Assembly (NCBI GenBank): GCA_051530055.1
Contig: CM121343.1
Coordinates: 4,434,389 to 4,498,388 of the forward strand
From: Neoechinorhynchus agilis
Taxonomy: Eukaryota > Animalia > Acanthocephala
Direction of reading: 5' to 3'
DNA length: 64,000 bases
Position numbers and translations under genes: made by a program. A model generated the notes under the pieces. That model was given only the letters and a program-made list of their open reading frames with translations. It made no database searches and had not been told where the DNA came from. This document shows, piece by piece, positions 55,205 through 64,000 of the stretch (position 1 is the stretch's first letter; each line of letters begins with the position of its first letter).

Positions 55205-57384
55205 TTGGAACTCGTATGGTTACCGAAATCTCACCTTATGACCCCTAAGATACCTGCGCCGCATGTTCGTGTTCCACTTCAATAATTGTTTGTTTCTCTC
55301 CACTAGATTGCATTGATAACGACGTAAAATTGACCGATTTTAAGTCTATTTTAATTCACGTTTAGGTCACGCAAGGATATACTTTTCCCGTGAATGCACA
55401 AGACGATCTTATGACGGGACAAATAGGTTTCTTCATACATTAAGCAAGATGTGAGCACGGTAACGGCTTAAGCGTAAGGCAAAGACGTGTGAATAGTTTA
55501 AGAGAGCGCAACTTATCAAATTTCACTTGCCCCTCTCCGAATATTGCATAGGAATATACTAACGGCCTTGACCCATGTCCCAAATAAAAGAAGCACACGT
55601 CCTGATTGTGTTGTTTGTAATTTCTTGTAGTGAAAACGTTTCGGACCTAACTGGTAAGTGGTCTATTATTGAATGAGTGCATTGAGATTATACCGTTTAC
55701 ACTTCAAGCAAGATCCTCGTCCAATCCAATCAAATCGATGCTAGGTATAAAGCTTTATTTTAAAATAAAGCAAGCGTGTTCTCCTTAAGAAATGCTCGAA
55801 GAAGCGCCACAGGATGCGAATTGCACCTATATTGCAAAATTCAGAAAACACAGTAAGTATATACTTGTTTTTCCTAAGGGTTTATTTTAGAGAAATAGAA
55901 ATTACTGCGGTTGCTAATACAATGCTTTGGTGCCGTGTAGAATCTTTCCACTCAACACAATCCGAAACATTCGGTGCAAATGAAACTTTAAGCATCTACA
56001 AAAGCTGCAAAAATAAATACATGCAAAAACATCTAGCAAAACATTTCGGTAAAAGGTAAGCTAAACATTAATAATTGTGCTATTTTTGCCATAGATATTG
56101 TTGAATCTCTGAGCGAATGTAAGGTGACTAAGATTTATGTTATCTTAAACCGTGTACAAAAGGTAAAACATCCCAATTGCGAATGTTAATTTATTTGCTG
56201 AACCCTGTGCTCGATGAAGTTAAGCGTCAGTTTTTCTTTAATGCCCAAGTATACACAATATGTCTATTAAGGGGACTTAAGAAACACTTCGATAGCTTTG
56301 CAGAAATTAAATAATGGAAAAACGAGTATTCTTGTGAAATGTCTGCTTACATCCCTCGTCGGTATAGCAAATCGAGTATCAACACACTTAGTCAATTAAA
56401 AGATCACTTTAAGATCGCTTGACGTCTATTGAACACTCAACGTTGCTGACAAGCGGACAAATCTCTCCTATGGTTATAAAAGGAAGTGACTTTAATTTGC
56501 AATGCGACATACCAGGAGTTGCCTTCGAGAAAAGATTAAAAGTGAGTCCATTGCTTTCACGAGCGCCGAAATGTCAAAATGGGCTAACCTATTTAAAAAT
56601 AGTTTGCAGCGAAAGCTACGAAGTGAGCATTTTAAAGGGTATAATTCGATAGAATACTTGATATTCATGGTAATATGAATTGAATAACTTTCCTGTTTTC
56701 TAGCATTGGGAGAGAATAGCGCTGATAAAATTTAAGAAATTTGATTTAAAGATTGACGTTTCTCAATAGAAATGACTACGCTCGGACCTTTTACATCCAC
56801 GACTACAGGATTGCATATAAAAACTTATTTTTAAACAGACAAATTACAAAGTGACTTTAATCTTTTAAGGAAAGGATAGAATATTTCGTACGAACGCGAA
56901 GCAATGAACTCAAAATAGCGAGGATGGAATTACGAGCCATTAACGGTTTAACTACAGATTGTTGCTATGTCTTTAGTCCGCTTTTGCAGTAATTCTAATG
57001 AAATTGGAAAATCGACTAAGAAGAATACTATTGCGTTCTAATGGTCTCCGCCGGAAAATTAAGATTTTAAAGCGTAAGTTCTCAATTTATACTTTTTATA
57101 CGCGACAACGAAATTAAGGTGATATCAAAAATATTCGAATTAGATTTGTGAAGGGGACATTACAGTTAATCAGGAGCAATTATACAAATCGCCAATAAAC
57201 TCCGTGCGGGTTTCGCGTTTTTATCGGATTACGATTAAACTCAACACCGTCACATAAATTGTATCAAATTTTGAAAAGTCAATGCTACCTCAATTAATTC
57301 ATTTTAACGTGATATTGCATTTGCTTCTCGATTTATCATGCGATTACTAATACTTTTAATAATCCATATAAGCTAAACCGAACG

Positions 57385-57873
57385 TCAATCTTTTGTTGAT
57401 TTAGCGTTAGGTTCATAGTTCAATATCATGTATCGAATGTAAAGATGAGACACAGTTGGTCGTTCAGCGCTTTCGAACAGTAACGAGACCCATGGACCTA
57501 TTGATTTTGCGCATTTTAACTCGGTTTCGTCAAACTCCATTTCCATGACGGATTTAGTTGGACTTATTGCCCTTACCCTTGTACCCTGTTCTTCATCGTA
57601 TCTGAAAATACATAATCTGAATGGATTTCCAGAGGTTTGTTTGGCCATCAGCGTCAAGTTGGAGACGGGATAATTCCAATGCAATACGCCATTTTTGCAC
57701 TTATCGGGAATATTAAGTTGTAGTCTTGTGAGCGGTTGTATGCGCTTCCAAGACACTGAGAACAGACATTCCTTCTGTTCGACGATTGCATTTGTCCATC
57801 TTAGAGCGCTCGATGTGAACTGTAATGCGATCAAAATTGAAATGTACATTAGCCTGTCAGCTATTGCTAGCAT
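57385..57873 (-). CDS. Secreted protein resembling the N-terminal (CUB-like) domain of meteorin/METRNL
   Basis: Signal-peptide-like MYISILIALQFTSSA; pattern C..(x)..CKNGVLHWNYPVSNLTL..FRLCI..KCAKS..VSLLFES..IRYMI resembles meteorin 'C.EG.VEWLYP.GALRL..C..LFLQA..F.FEL'. Visual alignment only. Confidence 0.5.
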   Translation of the reverse strand: MLAIADRLMYISILIALQFTSSALRWTNAIVEQKECLFSVSWKRIQPLTRLQLNIPDKCKNGVLHWNYPVSNLTLMAKQTSGNPFRLCIFRYDEEQGTRVRAISPTKSVMEMEFDETELKCAKSIGPWVSLLFESAERPTVSHLYIRYMILNYEPNAKSTKD

Positions 57874-58697
57874 TAAAAATATTTGTTTGTTCTTGTTCAA
57901 CAGTGAATATTTACGTTGATTCCTTATCACACGCACCACAATATTCAAGATCGTCTTCTTTGCAGCTCTCCCTTAACCTGCATTCCGATCATAATCACTG
58001 TTATGGTACAAAATCTAGGCGTGTTTCACGTGTGCTGACAAGTCTTTATCATGGGAGATGCCACGAATGGCTGTTCCTTGTGCAGAAGCGCATTATCTTC
58101 TTATGTCCCCAATCCATTCAGTTCTACATTGGTTTCGTTCCTGATGTGGCAGCTAGACAAGGAGAAGGGTTTGATTTGAGAAGAATGAACAATATGTATA
58201 AGAACAACTCTGCTCCGTAAAATCATCGCAATGGTCGTAACACATAAATTGTTGTTAAATTTAAGGAAATTAGAAAAGGGGTTATTAAACGGTTTATTTT
58301 GTGAAAATGGGCTGCTATATGGATGTGGTATGGAGAAACGGCGTCTATTACTTCCTTTGTGTAGTACAATCACATTATGAGATAGTTTTTTAATTAGGTT
58401 ATAGTGAAGTGATATTCGGGCTGCTTATCTCGGGGGAATAAATGAATGGGTATTTTGACTGCTTCGTTCTCATTAAGACGTGTGAAAGCACGCATTGGGC
58501 GGTCCCGATAGAGAAATGGCACGTCCCGTCTGGAGCGTCTGTGCGTGTGCCATAAAACAAGTTGGACGTGGTTCTTGAGCGGTTAATCTTAAGCTTCGGT
58601 TTAGATCCATTTTGGTTGAACGCCGTCGACAGCAAGGGCGCTTTAGCTAATGAAGCGCAGCAAGTGACTGTGCTATTCTGTTGGAAAACTACAGTGA

Positions 58698-59090
58698 GTG
58701 AGACTACGTAATGATGCTCGTGACACTCAATGGCAGATTGTGAGCGCTTCCTCATTTGTGTTAGTATTGCTTTCCACTCATGTAGCTTCAAGCAAATCGT
58801 CTTTTGCCGCCGTCTGCGAGCGAGACAAGATTGTGTATGCATATTTAGCCCCGTTCGTGCGGAGATGTGAGATAGTGCTACAAAATCCTAGATGTGACCA
58901 AATTATGGAAACAGGGCTACGAGTATGTGAGCGTAGAAGTTTTTTCGGATTGATGTCGCGTCAAACGTGTTTCATACATGTCTCAAGGATAGACTCCATG
59001 GAAATGACTATTGGTGGCAGGAGAACTCGTAGCTCTCCTCCGCCTCCTCAGAGGAGGAGCTTTATGCAACGAGTCGACGTGTCCGCCTAA
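58698..59090 (+). CDS. Possible small Cys-containing secreted hypothetical protein
   Basis: 130-aa ORF with a hydrophobic stretch and five Cys; starts at a non-ATG codon and no homolog was recognised. Confidence 0.2.
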   Translation: MRLRNDARDTQWQIVSASSFVLVLLSTHVASSKSSFAAVCERDKIVYAYLAPFVRRCEIVLQNPRCDQIMETGLRVCERRSFFGLMSRQTCFIHVSRIDSMEMTIGGRRTRSSPPPPQRRSFMQRVDVSA

Positions 59091-59615
59091 GAATAATGCC
59101 GTCGCCGCCGTCGTCGAACTCAAAACACTCATTGCTCACATACCCGTTCGTTTATGCTCATTTTTGAAAGCATGTGTCATAATCTGAGGAACGGGTTGCG
59201 TAAACATGAGTTGTGTCACCCTTCCAACCCAAAAACTCATAGCGTCCCAATCCGTTCGTAGAATGAACCACGGTTCCCCGCGCCATTTACAAGCCGACCT
59301 ATTCGTCGGATCCTGATGTTATAGGCACAAATTTGCTCCGTTTTGTACCAATCCGCACTCCACCTGCGCCCTAGTCCGATCGAAATTGGTAGGCTCCACG
59401 AGTAGCCAAGTTCTGACGCTCAACATCAATTAATTGCGTCTTCAAATTTCCCTTTTCTCGTTATAATTATAGATAGAATTCGCATTCTGAATTTAAACCC
59501 ACCTGCGCCCTGCTCGACAACGCACCGCTCCATGTTGTGACTCATATCCACCTTTTCTCTCTGTAGCAAATAACAACAGCAACGCAGTCCGTAAAGCGTA
59601 AAGTTTTCTGGAACC

Positions 59616-62010
59616 ATGAACAACATGGCTGCCAATGGACACCCTACACGTGTGAGGAATAGAGATCAAACTCGGTCCTCAAACTCGATCGGAGTTGTAA
59701 GTAATATGGCTGATCAGGTTCTTTCAAGATGCCTCGGGCCCACTGGTGTCAGTGGAGACTTGAACATGAGGTTTCACCATCCAGTCATTACTGACGTTAG
59801 TTGTAATACTGAAGTGATATAATGAAAACAATAATCCTATTTAGCCCTATTGCATGCCTGTAGACACAGATCATATGAACGGCAACAGTTCAATGGCTCA
59901 TTGCGCTCAGCAGCATACAAACATTCAACAACAACAACAACAACAACATACACTTCACAGGCAGCAACAGTGTCCAAATACTCAAGAACAACGAGTCTTA
60001 ATAGGATATTACCAACCGAATCACGCGCCAAAATACCCACCACACGACTCGTATGAACAGCATATGATTGTTCATCAGAATGGTATGAGAAGTGTTGTGT
60101 AAGTTTGTACATAAACTCCAACACAAGTATCATAGTAGGAGCTCCTAATACCTGGATTAGGCTATCACAGCAACCTCCTCAATGTCCAGCTTATTTTAAC
60201 CGCACATCTTTACACTCAAAATCAGGAATAATCTTTCCTTCGAACGGGATCGGAAATAACAATCCGAATTCTCCTATTCCCATGTCGCACCAACAGCAGC
60301 AGCAATCCTTACTGCATCATCGTCAGCATGAGCAACATCTCCATCTTATTCATCAATTGGACAGATCACTAGGTGTGAGAGCTGAAACCAGTGGTGGAGC
60401 TAGTGGACTTGTTGGCACGGTTAATGTTGGTAAGAACGGTGTAATGATCGAATCGGGACATAGCCAAGTAAGAAGCAGTGCGAATGAAGAATTCGATTGG
60501 TTCATGAGACAATGCAGTGACAGTGAGATCCCAACTACTACCTCAGTAACTCAACCCTTAGGAAATGAACATGACAGTTCACACACTTTCGATCAATACT
60601 ACCTCACACCAACCCACCAATTACATCAATCAAATAGTTGTAATGGCGCGGCTAGTTTGGACGAGATTCCCTCATCAGTTGTGGCAGTTGACCGTCAAGA
60701 TCAAATGCTGTCCTCGACTTCACCGGGGACTAAGCGATCTGCCGATAATGACGTTTCCCAATGCAGTGATCTATCGGCCGATGATGCAGGAGAGGAACAA
60801 GGTAGATATTTTAAGGATAAGTTATGAAAAATTATATCTTGTTCTTGGATTAAGATTGCATGCGACTTAAAATGATGCTTGATAATCAGCCAGGAGAAAT
60901 GAGCAGTCCGTCAATTGTTTCTGGTCGAAACAGTCGAGATTTTTCGACATCGCCGATCGGCGAACGTGCGAAGCGAAGGGTGTTGGAGGAATCAGGTGGA
61001 AGTGGTAGAACGAGAAATGTAGAAACGTACTTTTGGCAATATAATGTACAGGCCAAAGGTCCGAAGACAAAGCGCACACTGCACCTTAAAAATAAGGATC
61101 CTCATGTCCCAAGAGCATTTTTCGATCCAGTATGTCAAATGAAAGCAAAGCTTGGAGGTGAGAGTGTAGGATGCATGTCACTGCTTGATGACCAAGAACA
61201 GGAAAATTCAATTTCAAAACGTCCTGAACGAATCGCGTAATCTAGAATGAGTTTGTTCGATTTTTCTTGTTCGTTGCCATCAATTGAAGGGTGACGCATA
61301 GATCTTTTGGTGAACCTAATAGAATTTTAATAGCACGCGGAACAGCGTCGTCCGCTTCACTGAAGTTACGGAAAGGCGATGGAAACGATGTCACACCGAA
61401 CCCACAAAAACTACTTTTGCTCGGAATGCAAATAAAACAGTTGACAGAAGCGTCTTATAGGATGACTCCGTCTGGAACTGAGCATAAGGAATGCCTCAAA
61501 CGTGAAAAGAACAAATTAGCGAGCAGGTTTATCAACATTATCCACTAACAATATCTAAACTATCCGCTAAACTAGATCCTGCCGACTGAAGAAAAAAGCT
61601 CAGCACGAAGCAAATAAACTGAAACTTCAAGGGCTTAACGAAGAACACAGTACGTTATCTCTCATTTCCTATCTTTCGGTCATATATGGAATCAGTCTTG
61701 TCTCTCAGGTCTCCTGCTAAACCTCATAAAGAAAGTCAAAGTAATCATCTATAATTGCGTAATGTCCAATAATTCGCAGACATCTCATGTGAAGCTCTCA
61801 GCCATCTTCGATGAAGTTGTCACCGGGGCGTATTGTGAGTCTTTGTTGATTTATTGTCGTGTAGCTGTTCAATTTACAAATATAGGTCTTCATGTTGCCG
61901 GTGACACGGATGGATATGTTCATGCCATGTTGGATAGCGTTCCAGGATCGAGGGCAGGACAGTTACCCGACTTCAATCTTGTCGATCAAGATCAACATTG
62001 CGGATTCTAA
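59616..62010 (+). CDS. CREBRF: CREBRF/REPTOR-type bZIP transcription factor, multi-exon with Q/H-rich N-terminus; start uncertain
   Basis: [42 protein letters not shown]|[24 protein letters not shown] (49-nt intron 61527-61575), and C-terminal [13 protein letters not shown]. Confidence 0.88.
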
Positions 62011-64000
62011 GAATGCAACGCATTGTTTTCTAACAATGCTGAGCAGAATGCTCACGCAACTTTTCAAACACACAAACTCATATATACCTCACTGCTGTGT
62101 AAAAACTTGCGTCAACTATCAGTAAGTTTCCGTTCGACTTGTGTTCACGGACACAGCAGAAAGCTGCTCATGTTGGCCAACTGACCTTGTACACACTTCC
62201 CTATTATTCGGCCAACCTAGTCATTTATCCAATTCACCGGCTGACCACATTCAATGACACTGCTGAACGATATGCTCACCACTATTGGTCCGCCTAAATT
62301 TCCTCTGTCATCATTATCTTCACTTTGAACGATTGTAGGTTGCCGATGAGACAAAGTGCCTGTTTGTGAGTGGTCAGCGTGTGCGTATGCGAGAGTCAAG
62401 TGATATCAAACAACACAGTACCCGGCTTTAATTGTTTCCTTTCAAATCTGATTGTGATAATCGATTGGCTTTAAGTGCAAATGTAGTCTTCCTTTATTTT
62501 ATTCGCCTTAAATTTAAGGATATCAAATTTGACCATTATTTTTTTTCAACTCAGTAAATGGCATCATAGATGCGGTCCAGGTTGTTTGTAAATTAGTTCG
62601 ATCACGCCCTCAATCTCTGCTCAAGACTAGTTTAAGTCGTCAATGCATCCTAAAAGAGCGCTATATCAATTTGTAGACTGTGAGGATATCCGGACTCCTA
62701 AATGGCATCGCTCGAGAAAAATACGCGCTACTAATCATTATGTGAAAAACGCAAATGATATGAAGATGTGGTGTCGATTAAGATATGAACCTGAACACAT
62801 CGGGTTAAATGCATCACCATCATCACCATCATTGACATTTAATGTGCTTTTAGGGCTTCTAACACTGCTCTGTTAATAGAAAGATGTAACAAATCAGCAT
62901 AATACACCATGACTCTCGTGATTTGGGAAAACTGTACGGAAAAAGAAATGCGAAGTGGATTTTGTAAGCAATAACGATTTAACATAATTTTTGTTATATT
63001 GAGCATTGTATTTGAGTGTGGATATGTTGTTGTTGTTATTTGGGTCGCTTATTGATGACACCCGAGCGAGAGGAACGAATAATTAAAAACGATTGTATAT
63101 ACGTCGAATAATTAAATCAGTCAATTCAATTGCTTGTACATCTTCTTTTATAGCAATTGCAGTCAAATTATATTTTTCTTTAATGATTCCTCCTCTCGGG
63201 GGTCGACAAGCGACCTAAATAACAATTTGTTAGCATTGATCTCCTAACAGAAAATCGACTCCACTGTTTACGCAAATATCTCACTAGTCACAAGTTATAT
63301 GCAGTTTTAAACAACTTATGGCTTAAGATGAAAGGTATGATTGAAATAAGCAATTAATCGATTTTGTACGGCGTCTTTATCAATACATTGTTTCCGCACA
63401 ATTTTAAACATTTATTTGATTTGCAGAGCAGAATAAAGGGCGAAGCACAATTATGATGTTACTATCAAAGTAAATTCATCTTTATCAATTTCCAGTGGGG
63501 AATTTAGCATGGGAATCAATGACCCTCTTTAAATATCATCGAACGTGAGCATCTCCTTTCATAATATTTCACTAAATATGTTTTTCCCATTCAACTTCCA
63601 AGAATATAACCTTTGCCAGCCACCTTGGTATCATCGATTCCTTAATTTGAAATTCATAGAACTTTTGCACTCTACCGGGTATTAGTAAATCCCCATAATA
63701 ATATCTTACCAAGTCATTGTAAGTTGTATTTCCTAGATTTTTTGCCATTATTTTGATAATAAAAGTTTTTTTAAGATTTGGCATTGATAAACACCCTTAA
63801 TGCTAGAGGCTTCCGAATTAACATTCTCAACGCTTTCACATATATCTTCTTCCTTTACCACTTATTGCTCGTCTTCTGGGCCGGAGCTTCCGTTGGTCTA
63901 TGTAATTTATGGTGAAGAAGCATTAGTGGCGCCGTTATTGATATAAAAAAGCGTGATATTTAGACTCCATTTATCGCTTGTTCTACCTTAGGACGTCCTG

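Noticed and set aside
63572-64000. LINE ORF1 fragment at the window end (minus strand)
   Set aside because: Only a vague resemblance to the 49300-49500 region, with no diagnostic motif within the window.

Overview
Eukaryotic (metazoan-like) genomic DNA with short GT-AG introns, mostly about 40-50 nt; the organism cannot be determined from the sequence alone. Recognisable genes: ERO1 (5' exon, -), intronless RPB1/POLR2A with a degenerate CTD (+), an SRSF7-like SR protein (-), casein kinase I alpha (-), condensin kleisin NCAPH/barren (-), ATG7 (+), an atypical CHIP/STUB1 (+), a neuronal calcium sensor (+), a meteorin-like secreted protein (-) and a CREBRF/REPTOR-type bZIP (+). Pseudogenes: histone H4 and the C-terminal half of a SNF2 helicase. 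Repeats and mobile DNA: a 4.2-kb array of about 23 x 185-bp dyad-rich satellite, a 372-bp tandem array, three decayed LINE remnants, two tRNA-headed SINE-like families (3 copies each), a TA-bounded 301-bp insertion, and two Penelope-like remnants. The most distinctive hidden signal is four minimal type-I hammerhead ribozyme motifs. One lies in the sense strand inside the NCAPH gene and one is inside a 352-bp Penelope-like insertion with a 16-bp target-site duplication. All exon models, alignments and RNA folds were made by eye, and some frameshifts could be assembly errors.
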